A program made the translations under genes and the position numbers. From a virus: DNA of 64,000 nucleotides. The notes beneath the pieces are model-generated. The model saw nothing but the letters and a program-made list of their open reading frames with translations, was not told the origin of the DNA and ran no database searches. The stretch lies in the IMG/VR virus record IMGVR_UViG_3300021961_010439, positions 15,638-79,637 of that record. One strand, written 5' to 3'. This document shows, one piece after another, positions 49,056 to 57,850 of this stretch; within the stretch, counting starts at the first letter, position 1, and every line of letters starts with the position of its first letter.

Positions 49056-49724
49056 TTACCCCAAAGATTTTAATTCTAAGTATTTTTTATACAATAGGGT
49101 TAAAGCCTGTATACTGTATACCCTAACTCCATATGGTTTGATATCAAAAATTTGATCAATTTGAGATTCGCTCCATATATTACCATTATAAACAACTTGC
49201 ATTTTTGGTACTTTTTTCTTTATCATAGCCCCAGCAAGTATATTATCATATATATTATCTAATCTATAACCAGATGACGGTAGTATTTCAAATATATTAT
49301 ATGTTGATAGAATTTGGGCCAATTTGTATAATGTTTCATAATTAAATACTCTATATTCAAACATATATCTTGGTCTAATATTTACGGATAGACAAAGATC
49401 TACACTAGATTTAATATCATCTCTAAATTTTTCATATTTTCTATTGCATACTATTTGATGAGGAATCATGATATCTACTATATTAGCACCATTTTTGGCA
49501 GCATATTGGATCATGGATAGTCTAGTTTCAAGACTATTTATACCTAAAGGATAATCTATAGGACAAGCTATAGAAATGTTAGAATTCAGAATAGATTTTG
49601 ATGTTTTTAAAGATGATGGTAATATGCTTATAGTATGTATAGAGAACTTATTTAGTTCTGTTAATATATTTTTTAGTTCTAAATCATTAAAACTAGTATC
49701 ATGGATAGCATATTCTATATTCAT
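49056..49724 (-). CDS. DeoC (deoxyribose-phosphate aldolase)-like TIM-barrel protein lacking the catalytic lysines
   Basis: IDYPLG...GANIVDIM...DDI motif; KTSTG is replaced by LPSSG and VKASGG by VVYNGN. Confidence 0.7.
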   Translation of the reverse strand: MNIEYAIHDTSFNDLELKNILTELNKFSIHTISILPSSLKTSKSILNSNISIACPIDYPLGINSLETRLSMIQYAAKNGANIVDIMIPHQIVCNRKYEKFRDDIKSSVDLCLSVNIRPRYMFEYRVFNYETLYKLAQILSTYNIFEILPSSGYRLDNIYDNILAGAMIKKKVPKMQVVYNGNIWSESQIDQIFDIKPYGVRVYSIQALTLLYKKYLELKSLG

Positions 49725-50396
49725 TTATTTTAATTTTTTTATGGCTTCTATATTAGGATATTTCTTACTACCTAATACACCATCTGCGAAGCCATAGTAT
49801 ACCGCTTCGCTTGCATCAAGAATCCAGTCACTCTTTTGAGCAAGTTGCGACATTATGTGTTTTCTTATAATCATTTTTTTCCATTTCTTCTCTGTTGCGA
49901 GCGGGCTTAATAAACATTTTTCTGCAAAAATATCTATCATCTTTTGAGATTCTTTTTCGCTCCACTGTAAACTACTCATCGCTGCTTTGTGTTCATTATC
50001 TATACTAAGAGAACCATAGTGAATAAGAACGTGTGTATTTGGCATCAGTATTCTATAATCAGAGGCTTGTAACAAAACACTGCTGGCTGATTCAACTTTT
50101 GCATATGCAAGAATTATTACTTTACTTTTGCTTGCTTTAATAGTATCATACATTCCCAAACAATCTTCCCATATGCCTCCTGGTAAATGCATATGTATTA
50201 ATATTGGATCATTAGATATCAGGTTAAAATATCTAATATTTTTTTGTAGTCTTATAGCTGTTCTAAACTCAATACCAGATTCTTCTTCGGAGTCTATGGG
50301 TGAGTGTAAATAAATTTCTCTATTTTTTAGATCTATTCCAAAATCATGTATATTATATAATTCATTGTCTTTGTCTTTATCTGTTGCGTGTGTCAT
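49725..50396 (-). CDS. clpP: ClpP-like serine protease
   Basis: REIYL, PGG, VESAS (Ser), LIHYG (His) and DWILDASEAVYYGFAD (Asp). Confidence 0.85.
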   Translation of the reverse strand: MTHATDKDKDNELYNIHDFGIDLKNREIYLHSPIDSEEESGIEFRTAIRLQKNIRYFNLISNDPILIHMHLPGGIWEDCLGMYDTIKASKSKVIILAYAKVESASSVLLQASDYRILMPNTHVLIHYGSLSIDNEHKAAMSSLQWSEKESQKMIDIFAEKCLLSPLATEKKWKKMIIRKHIMSQLAQKSDWILDASEAVYYGFADGVLGSKKYPNIEAIKKLK

Positions 50397-50401
50397 GACA
50401 T

Positions 50402-50854
50402 TTACTCTAGGAAGAATTGGTATATGTTATTATTTATATCTCTCATAATAGAGGAATCCACAAATGCTTTACCAATACCAATCCTAAATCTATATCGAGT
50501 AAAAACATCAAACGTTTCTATTCCCTCAGCATTTTCTATAATATCACAAATTTTGCTACTAATATTGAAATTGGTGTGTCCTGTCCAAAAATTAAATAGT
50601 TTACTACATGCTGTATTTTCTGTATAAGGTATGATGCCCATTGGAGTAAACATAAACGGCATCTTTGGTTTAAAGAAATGATCTGATATATTTTTGACAT
50701 TTTCTGGTTTTTCATCTGTAGTTTCGTCTTGAGCATCTATAAAATTTTCTGGATCATCTTCTTGATTCAATATGTGTTCGTTAATATCTAATATGTCATC
50801 ATATCCATATGGATCCCTCCATTTTTCCCATATAATTTTAGGATCTTCTGACAT
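50402..50854 (-). CDS. Hypothetical protein
   Basis: Coupled ORF; FWTGHTNF...TRYRFRIGIGK. Confidence 0.7.
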   Translation of the reverse strand: MSEDPKIIWEKWRDPYGYDDILDINEHILNQEDDPENFIDAQDETTDEKPENVKNISDHFFKPKMPFMFTPMGIIPYTENTACSKLFNFWTGHTNFNISSKICDIIENAEGIETFDVFTRYRFRIGIGKAFVDSSIMRDINNNIYQFFLE

Positions 50855-50858
50855 AGTT

Positions 50859-51209
50859 TCAAGCCTTGTTTTGGTAAATAAAAGCTTTACGTGGACTAAT
50901 TACTGGTTTGTCACTATTTAAAGCTGTAATTTTTTCTGCTTCAGATAATCTATTAAGAGTATAAGAGATAAATTTTCTAGATAAAGTATTTTCTTCTTCT
51001 TTGTCTTCTTTTACTTGAAGTAAGAGTTTAACTATATCACCTTTAAATCCCCCATAGTTAATAACAGAGATTAGTGCAGAATAGTTGCTTGCCCACAATT
51101 TTACGTCATCCATTTCTGGGGGCCAATCTAAATCTATTTCAATATTACCTTCATGATCCATGTAGAAAGCAACTTTGCACACAGGCTTATTTTCTTCTGT
51201 GTTTTGCAT
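50859..51209 (-). CDS. Hypothetical protein
   Basis: ORF track gives 50859..51290; the likely start is the ATG at 51209. Confidence 0.6.
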   Translation of the reverse strand: MQNTEENKPVCKVAFYMDHEGNIEIDLDWPPEMDDVKLWASNYSALISVINYGGFKGDIVKLLLQVKEDKEEENTLSRKFISYTLNRLSEAEKITALNSDKPVISPRKAFIYQNKA

Positions 51210-51216
51210 ACTGATA

Positions 51217-51573
51217 CTAGGCGTATCTAATTGCCTTTTGAACACAAGGCGATAAAAGTTCTTTAGTATTAATTGGAATAAATTGACCATTATTTATTTT
51301 TGTTTCTATAGGCATTCTACACATATAATATATATGTATATTATCTTCGATTTGCTCAATGTCTAATAATTGATCATCTAGCCATGATAATTTTAAATCA
51401 GTATATTGCGATAAACACTGTTCTCTAGCTTCTAGCAAGTTTTGACCATTTAACAGTTGAATATTTGGCAATGATAAATCTTTATCTGTGCTAAGTATAT
51501 AGTATTGAACTCTTTTTTGTATATCATCAAATTTTAATGATAATACAATATAATTAATGTAGATATTAAACAT
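51217..51573 (-). CDS. Degenerate Nudix-fold-like protein
   Basis: LSLPNIQLLNGQNLLEAREQCLSQYTDL parallels the Nudix box but lacks its Glu residues. Confidence 0.4.
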   Translation of the reverse strand: MFNIYINYIVLSLKFDDIQKRVQYYILSTDKDLSLPNIQLLNGQNLLEAREQCLSQYTDLKLSWLDDQLLDIEQIEDNIHIYYMCRMPIETKINNGQFIPINTKELLSPCVQKAIRYA

Positions 51574-52138
51574 ATGATTTGATTTGGCTAATTCCTTTAA
51601 GTAAACTTTGACGTATAGCTTCTCTTGTGACTCCATATTTTTTACCGATATCAGCCAATGTCATATTTTCAAAATAGTATAAATTGATATGTTCTTTTTG
51701 TTTATCTGATAAAATATTGGACGATAGTATATTTTTTATACATTCTTTTTGAATACTATCTGATTCGTTGTCTATAAGAATATCTAATGGATTATCTTCA
51801 TATGAATTAATATGAGCATGTAGATCTGGTTCATAACTAGTAGAACCTTTGTTATTCTTTTTGTACTTAGAAGATATATATGTTTTTATTGCCCATATCG
51901 CACATTGGTTTCTATAAGAGTATTTAGTTTTACTTTGTCCTGTAGTTTTACCAACTCTGCCATTGTCATATTTCCAGTCAGCAACCATAATAGCGTGAGC
52001 AACATCCGCTACTGCGTCATCATTTGATAACATTTCATGTGATAAATTCTTATAGAACTTGGGAGCAAACTTTGATATAGTTTTCTTAGCTAAAGAAATG
52101 TATGTAGACAAAGAGTCGTATTGGGATTGGGTTTCCAT
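51566..52138 (-). CDS. Phage sigma70-family sigma factor
   Basis: Region 2-like KYSYRNQCAIWAI; region 4 HTH MTLADIGKKYGVTREAIRQ. Confidence 0.85.
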   Translation of the reverse strand: METQSQYDSLSTYISLAKKTISKFAPKFYKNLSHEMLSNDDAVADVAHAIMVADWKYDNGRVGKTTGQSKTKYSYRNQCAIWAIKTYISSKYKKNNKGSTSYEPDLHAHINSYEDNPLDILIDNESDSIQKECIKNILSSNILSDKQKEHINLYYFENMTLADIGKKYGVTREAIRQSLLKGISQIKSYV

Positions 52139-52166
52139 TTAAAAGTCCTTATGTGATTGTTAAAAA

Positions 52167-53105
52167 TTATTTTGTCAGTCTTTTCCATTGCTCAGATTCT
52201 GGTCTATCTTTATCTCCAGGTTTTGCTGGTTTATAGTTTTTCCCCATTTTTTCTCTTTTTCTGCGGATATTTTCCCATAATCCAGGCTTACTCTGCGCTA
52301 ATGAATTATCGTCTTCGCCGGGGACATACTTTACAAAATCGTGAATAGTTCTCATGTAGTCCTCGGTGATCGCAATTTTACCCTGTAACCAGCTTTCTGT
52401 CAAGTTCTCTTTGACCATAGGATTAGTTTTAATTTCTTCTAGAATTGACATAGCATGATTCATTATTGCCATTAAGGATCCAATATTCATAGATAAGAAA
52501 TCTTCTTTATATTCTTCCAATTCCATTTCAGGTGTTTCGTCGTCTGAAGCAGGAGTTTCCATTACTGTATCATAGTCTGGTTCCATAAGAGCCAACTGGA
52601 CCTCGGTTTTTGTCAGACTATCTCCAGCAGACCATGTTTTACCAGAATTTATTGTTTTGTAAGTAACAACTTTACCCATGTCGTTTGGTAAATCAGAAAT
52701 ATCAGTTATAACACCTTCGCTACCATAGTGTTTGCATTGAGCATTAATATTTTTAACAGCATCTCCGACTTTAAACATTGATGATGCCATTGATTTTTTA
52801 TCTATTCCGAGACGATCTTTTGTTGCTTTTGGTAATGCAGCAACGAATTCTGGTCCTTTACGTTTAGCCATATTGTATAATTTTTTAAGAAATGCGTCGT
52901 AACTCATTTCTCCTTTCATGCGTCCAAAATTACTGATAGCATCAGGAACGTCTCGTGGACTTACAATTGGAAAAGATCTTGTTTCTGGAAAAAGAAAGTC
53001 GCTATCTTTTAATTCGCTACGTTTTTTCCCTTTGTACGTTTTTTGTGCTGCGTCGGATACATAATTTGATATATCATTAAGAATTTGATAAAAACGACTA
53101 TTCAT
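52167..53105 (-). CDS. Multidomain phage hypothetical protein
   Basis: RSELKDSDF...FPI and KPGLWENIRRKR modules recurrent in large-phage head-associated proteins. Confidence 0.6.
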   Translation of the reverse strand: MNSRFYQILNDISNYVSDAAQKTYKGKKRSELKDSDFLFPETRSFPIVSPRDVPDAISNFGRMKGEMSYDAFLKKLYNMAKRKGPEFVAALPKATKDRLGIDKKSMASSMFKVGDAVKNINAQCKHYGSEGVITDISDLPNDMGKVVTYKTINSGKTWSAGDSLTKTEVQLALMEPDYDTVMETPASDDETPEMELEEYKEDFLSMNIGSLMAIMNHAMSILEEIKTNPMVKENLTESWLQGKIAITEDYMRTIHDFVKYVPGEDDNSLAQSKPGLWENIRRKREKMGKNYKPAKPGDKDRPESEQWKRLTK

Positions 53106-53773
53106 AGTAATCTCCTATCATAAAGTTTGTCTATTAGTAATATAGCAGCATCTATATCTGATTGGTAATGGATACCTTGCATCATTCTAGCCCTGCCAGT
53201 TAAATACACACAATTATAAAGGTCTATTTTAGGAATATTTGGATATAAAGAAGTTACTATTTTATAGGCTAAATATGAGTATACAGTATGTCCGGATGGA
53301 TATGATGGGGTATGATGGGTTTTTGTTTCTATCTTTTTTATATCTAAATTATAGAAAGGAGCTAGTTGGTATGGTCTTGGTCTATTATAGTATTCTTTGA
53401 TAGCCATAACTAAATCATAAACATCTTTGTATGTATCTTTAAATAGTTTATTTGGAAATTTTACATTATATTTTTTAAGTATAGGATAAAATAAATCTAA
53501 AGGTTCTTTATCTACTAAATGTATAAGTTGCTCGTCCTGAGACGTTCTATTATTTACTAATTTAGATATTTGTTGTATTTCTAATATAGTCTGACTACTA
53601 CTGTTTTTTGGTGGTGGAGGTAATAAATTTTTCCAGTCAATACTAGAAAATTTTTTAGGAACTTTTATATCTTCTATAATTATATCTGGATCATATTTAA
53701 TTCGATTAATTTTTAGATTAGTATCTAATTGACTGTCTACTTTAGATAAAAAATCTATATAGTATAGAGACAT
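53102..53773 (-). CDS. PAP2 / acid phosphatase-haloperoxidase superfamily protein
   Basis: KxxxxRPRP, SYPSGH and R..QGIHYQSD motifs. Confidence 0.88.
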   Translation of the reverse strand: MSLYYIDFLSKVDSQLDTNLKINRIKYDPDIIIEDIKVPKKFSSIDWKNLLPPPPKNSSSQTILEIQQISKLVNNRTSQDEQLIHLVDKEPLDLFYPILKKYNVKFPNKLFKDTYKDVYDLVMAIKEYYNRPRPYQLAPFYNLDIKKIETKTHHTPSYPSGHTVYSYLAYKIVTSLYPNIPKIDLYNCVYLTGRARMMQGIHYQSDIDAAILLIDKLYDRRLL

Positions 53774-53782
53774 TTTAGTAAA

Positions 53783-54310
53783 CTATACTTGCAAAGTAAG
53801 AAAATTTTCAAGACCCATTTGCTCTATGAGCTTAAGATATGATTCATATAATGATATTCCATCCTCGCTGCCTTGTAGCAAAGGTATCATCATATTTGCT
53901 GTTATTTCATCTCCAACAGCCCTAGCAGCAACAATTGTTGCTCTTTCGGCAAGAGATGCTTCTCTTACAGAGTCTAAGTTATATCTTATCATTGCTACCA
54001 TATCATGTCGTGTCCAACTTGGCGGAATAATAGATAATGGTTGATAATCAACATCAAAAAATTCTAGTCTCTTAATATTTACAGCAGCATGCTCGTGTTC
54101 TTGTTGTGCATCGGCTTTTAATATAGCAGCTAATTTTTTATATCCCCATCTTTCTAAATGAATAGCTTGGGCTGTTAGTGATGTAGTTTGTTGCCAATGA
54201 ATATTTAAAGATTTTTTTAATAGCTCGATAACTTTATCAGTGCTATATCCTTCTACTTCTTGAGCTTGATTTTGTTCTTGTAATAAATCATCAATAGTTT
54301 TTTCTACCAT
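53783..54310 (-). CDS. Bacterioferritin-like protein, divergent metal centre
   Basis: HLERWGYKKLA...EHEHA...RLEFF...GDEITA...IEQMGLENFL. Confidence 0.78.
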   Translation of the reverse strand: MVEKTIDDLLQEQNQAQEVEGYSTDKVIELLKKSLNIHWQQTTSLTAQAIHLERWGYKKLAAILKADAQQEHEHAAVNIKRLEFFDVDYQPLSIIPPSWTRHDMVAMIRYNLDSVREASLAERATIVAARAVGDEITANMMIPLLQGSEDGISLYESYLKLIEQMGLENFLTLQV

Positions 54311-54329
54311 TATAAAAGCTCCTAGAATA

Positions 54330-54878
54330 TTAGGTTAAGTCTGATACATTAGGTCTCGACCAAAATTTACAACTCCAATATCTTGCTTTCCATTTTGGCC
54401 CAGCATTATCGCAGTTATGTCTTGCTCTAAAATTTTTACGTCTTTCTGGATCATCTCTTTTAATTTCCATATTTGGATCACCAAAATTAACCTTAACAAT
54501 ATTTCCTTTTTCATTTTTAACATAGACGCTAAATTTTTTTGGACCATCAGGAGTTCGGAATGGTTTGTTTAATGTAACATTTTTTTTAGCTCTTGTGGAA
54601 CTCATTAGTCGGTCTTCATCATCATACTCATCAACAATTTGATCAATTTCAATATCCCAAACAAATTCATCCCATTCGTCGTTCCACATATAATTGCTGG
54701 CAAATAAAGAGTCATGAACAGCTTCTATTAGACTAGCTTTATTTGTCCTAGTCTGAGATAAACATATAGCGATTCTTTGTTGACTATCTGGATAGTCCTT
54801 TTTCATAGTTTCGTTGCCCATACATCTAGCAACAAAGTTTTGTTTATTCTCGCCTCTTTTAGGATCTGGAATGGGCAT
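54330..54878 (-). CDS. Conserved phage protein (DUF6321-like C-terminus)
   Basis: MPIPDP..GE..NFVARCM N-terminal domain; KVNFGDP...RRKNFRARHNC...ARYWSC. Confidence 0.65.
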   Translation of the reverse strand: MPIPDPKRGENKQNFVARCMGNETMKKDYPDSQQRIAICLSQTRTNKASLIEAVHDSLFASNYMWNDEWDEFVWDIEIDQIVDEYDDEDRLMSSTRAKKNVTLNKPFRTPDGPKKFSVYVKNEKGNIVKVNFGDPNMEIKRDDPERRKNFRARHNCDNAGPKWKARYWSCKFWSRPNVSDLT

Positions 54879-54913
54879 ATAGTACCTCTAAAATATAAAA
54901 ATAATACGGCTTT

Positions 54914-54929
54914 AAAATAGTATACACCA
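54914..54929 (-). promoter_or_regulatory. Candidate phage-sigma promoter motif
   Basis: TGGTGTATACTATTTT in the intergenic region about 40 nt upstream of 54878. Confidence 0.45.
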
Positions 54930-54938
54930 CAACAAATA

Positions 54939-56009
54939 TTATGTTTCGATAGCAGATGCTATCTGATTGGCTGTATTTTGCCAATTATATTTTTTAGCAG
55001 TTTCTATGCCTTGTGGATTTGTGCTAATATTATTAGTATATAAATGTCTCATATATTCGATCATTTGATCCTTATGAGATTGATCTATTTTTGCCCAATT
55101 TCCTTCTCCATTAAACCATTTTCCGTCATGAGCAGATTCTGTTTCTGATGGCTTAACAAGGTAAGAGTTTTGTTCGTTACAAAATTCTGTATGACTAGAA
55201 TAAAATGTAGTAATTACTGGCTTACCAACAGACATCATTTCCAATAACTCAAGATTCCATCCTTCTGCTCTTGATGGAAAAATTCCACAATTAGCATACG
55301 ACATTACTTCTGCTAAAGCATGGTGAGTATCTAGTCTATTGAATAATCTAATCTTTGATGACAATTTACTATTCTTTACTAGTTCTGCCCAAAACATATT
55401 TTGTTCTTTATTTAAGAAAGGATTTTCTGTTACTAGCCATAGTTCTACATTGTCTGATTCTTGAAACGCTTGTCCAAACATTTCTATTAAAATTTCATGA
55501 CCCTTTCTAATTTCCCATTTACCAACATTAATAAATATATATGGTAGATTTGTTCTATCTATATCACCCAATACATTTTCATTAAAAATGGTTCTGTCTA
55601 CACCTAAAGGAGCTACGGTAATAGGCTTATCTATACCATTCTGTAGTATAACTTGCTTTGCCCACTCAGTTGCTACAACGATATGATCCGGATGATGTAG
55701 ATGGTGTTTTTCTTTATTTGTGAATTTGTCTAGTTCAAAGAATGGATATGCTACAAATTTACCCCTTCCTGCTCTTAATCCAAGATCAAATTGATGCCAA
55801 ATTTTGAAGCATGGGGCGTCAAAATCAAAATCATCTTGATTATTGATACATTGTTGAACTAAAGAAACATCTTTCGGATTATCTATGTGTGGTTGACCTA
55901 TTGGAAAATAGGTAATATTATACAAATCCGATAATTCTTTTAGAATATTGTGTGCGGCTATACCATATCCGGTTACTCCTAAAGGAGAAATAAAATTTAA
56001 ATTTTTCAT
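54939..56009 (-). CDS. Glycosyltransferase family 4
   Basis: TGYG, GKWEIRKG and PSRAEGWNLELLEMMSVG motifs. Confidence 0.9.
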   Translation of the reverse strand: MKNLNFISPLGVTGYGIAAHNILKELSDLYNITYFPIGQPHIDNPKDVSLVQQCINNQDDFDFDAPCFKIWHQFDLGLRAGRGKFVAYPFFELDKFTNKEKHHLHHPDHIVVATEWAKQVILQNGIDKPITVAPLGVDRTIFNENVLGDIDRTNLPYIFINVGKWEIRKGHEILIEMFGQAFQESDNVELWLVTENPFLNKEQNMFWAELVKNSKLSSKIRLFNRLDTHHALAEVMSYANCGIFPSRAEGWNLELLEMMSVGKPVITTFYSSHTEFCNEQNSYLVKPSETESAHDGKWFNGEGNWAKIDQSHKDQMIEYMRHLYTNNISTNPQGIETAKKYNWQNTANQIASAIET

Positions 56010-56030
56010 TATGATTACCTTAATTATAAG

Positions 56031-57182
56031 TTATAAACCAAATACAGGGTTTTTATTAGAATGTATTTGATTGACTCGAGAAAATTGACCACACTTGGGC
56101 ATATGTTTTATAGATGATGAGCCTATATAGCAACAACATGATCTTATGCCTCCCAATAGTTCTTGAACTATTTTATCTATATTTCCTTTATATGTTGTTG
56201 TTATTTTTGTGCCTTCACTAGCTCTATAGTCTTTTTTACCATCCTCAAATATATCTTGAGAATGATGACTACTCATTCCATAGTATGTAAATTTGATTTT
56301 TCTTATATCTTCTGGTCCAGTACCGCCGGGATCGAATGGTTGCCACCACTCTTGCACAACCTTATTATCGTTATCAATTATGGCTCTACGATATTCATAT
56401 GTCCATTCTCCATCACACTCTTCCGTTCCAGCAAAATATCCACCCAACATAACAAAGTCAGAGCCAGCACATAATGCTTTACAAACATCTCCGACTGTCT
56501 TATGTCCACCGTCAGAACAAATTAAGCCAAGATGTTTTTCTTTGCTTTGTAACCCGTGAGCAACGTAAGCATTATCTAAAACACAGGACAACTGTGGAAT
56601 TCCGCATCCTGTTAAAAAGCGTGTCGTACAAGCGGAACCTCCGCCTATGCCGACCTTTACTATGTCAACACCACCATAAATTATTAGTTCTTGAGTAGAC
56701 GATGTATGAGTTACATTACCAGCTAAAATAATTGATTCAGGAAAATTTTCTCTAACTTTCTTGCAGTACTTAACAAAAACATCCATATGTCCATTAGGCA
56801 CATCTATACAAATATTAGGTTGTATTCCTGATTGTTCTTTAAACTTAAGTAGGTGCTCTATATCGCTTTTTTTATAACCTATAGAAATAAAAGTATAGTC
56901 TATGTTCTTGGGATATTTATAGAAGTAATCTAGTAATTTATCTAATGCGTGATATTTATGTAAACAGGCTATCATTTTATGTTTTGCTAGAGCCTTAGCC
57001 ATTTCAAAAGAACAAAAGCTCATATTTGCACTAATAATTGGAGTGCCTGTCCATTCTCTCGGAGAATGATAAAAATAGAATGTTTTTTCTAAATTAATCT
57101 CAGATCTACTGGTTAACGTGGATCTTTGAGGAACAATCAGAACATCATCAAAATCTAATTTAATACCATCTATAATTTTCAT
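56031..57182 (-). CDS. guaC: GMP reductase
   Basis: KLDFDDVLIVP.RSTL.SR, CIDVPNG, KVGIGGGSACTTR, YYGMSS and YRASEG motifs. Confidence 0.9.
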   Translation of the reverse strand: MKIIDGIKLDFDDVLIVPQRSTLTSRSEINLEKTFYFYHSPREWTGTPIISANMSFCSFEMAKALAKHKMIACLHKYHALDKLLDYFYKYPKNIDYTFISIGYKKSDIEHLLKFKEQSGIQPNICIDVPNGHMDVFVKYCKKVRENFPESIILAGNVTHTSSTQELIIYGGVDIVKVGIGGGSACTTRFLTGCGIPQLSCVLDNAYVAHGLQSKEKHLGLICSDGGHKTVGDVCKALCAGSDFVMLGGYFAGTEECDGEWTYEYRRAIIDNDNKVVQEWWQPFDPGGTGPEDIRKIKFTYYGMSSHHSQDIFEDGKKDYRASEGTKITTTYKGNIDKIVQELLGGIRSCCCYIGSSSIKHMPKCGQFSRVNQIHSNKNPVFGL

Positions 57183-57185
57183 GAT

Positions 57186-57716
57186 TTATACCGAAAAGAA
57201 ATACCATCTCCTATATGTATTTATATTTTCTGCTGAATTTATATGCTCAAGATAAGCATAGATATCCATCCAATCTGAAAAAATCATCTGGTGAGGAATA
57301 ACGCCAAAAAGCCAATCTGGAGCATTTTGTTTACCTTGCACCATATGTACTATAATAGGTTTCTTTTGTCTGTTCGCCCAAAAGATTTCTTCCAGAGTAC
57401 CACAAGGATGAACATCCAAATCAAGATTGACTATCATAAAATCACTAATATCGACTAATCTCAAATCAACAGATCTTATAACTTTCATCATATTAGAAAG
57501 TTCTTCGTATCGTTGTTGTTTTTTTAACTTGGCTTTTAAGTTATGAGTATCTTGATCCTCTAAACCTATCTCAGATGGTTTTAAAATAGGATTAAAAACT
57601 ATTACTCCTAGTTTTTTTAGAAATGGAGAAATTTCTTCTCTCCAACCTCTTCCTCTGTCTTTGGCCCTATCTATAGCGCCAGCAAGATAAACTCTTTGAT
57701 TTTTTAGTCTATTCAT
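57186..57716 (-). CDS. Nucleoside 2-deoxyribosyltransferase-like protein
   Basis: VYLAG...WRE...FNP...DL..V..SD...GTLEE motif. Confidence 0.8.
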   Translation of the reverse strand: MNRLKNQRVYLAGAIDRAKDRGRGWREEISPFLKKLGVIVFNPILKPSEIGLEDQDTHNLKAKLKKQQRYEELSNMMKVIRSVDLRLVDISDFMIVNLDLDVHPCGTLEEIFWANRQKKPIIVHMVQGKQNAPDWLFGVIPHQMIFSDWMDIYAYLEHINSAENINTYRRWYFFSV

Positions 57717-57850
57717 TTTGATCTAATGTCAAATAGAAAGTCAAAAAGATTGTTATAAATAGGAGAACCAGAACTAGATGTACTAAGTTTACTTAATCCG
57801 TGCAAAATACCACCAATCATAGTAAAAATAACGATTGTATCAATTAACAT
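57713..57850 (-). CDS. Small hydrophobic protein (45 aa, not in the ORF track)
   Basis: MLIDTIVIFTMIGGILHGL...; ATGA overlap with the NDT start. Confidence 0.5.
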   Translation of the reverse strand: MLIDTIVIFTMIGGILHGLSKLSTSSSGSPIYNNLFDFLFDIRSK

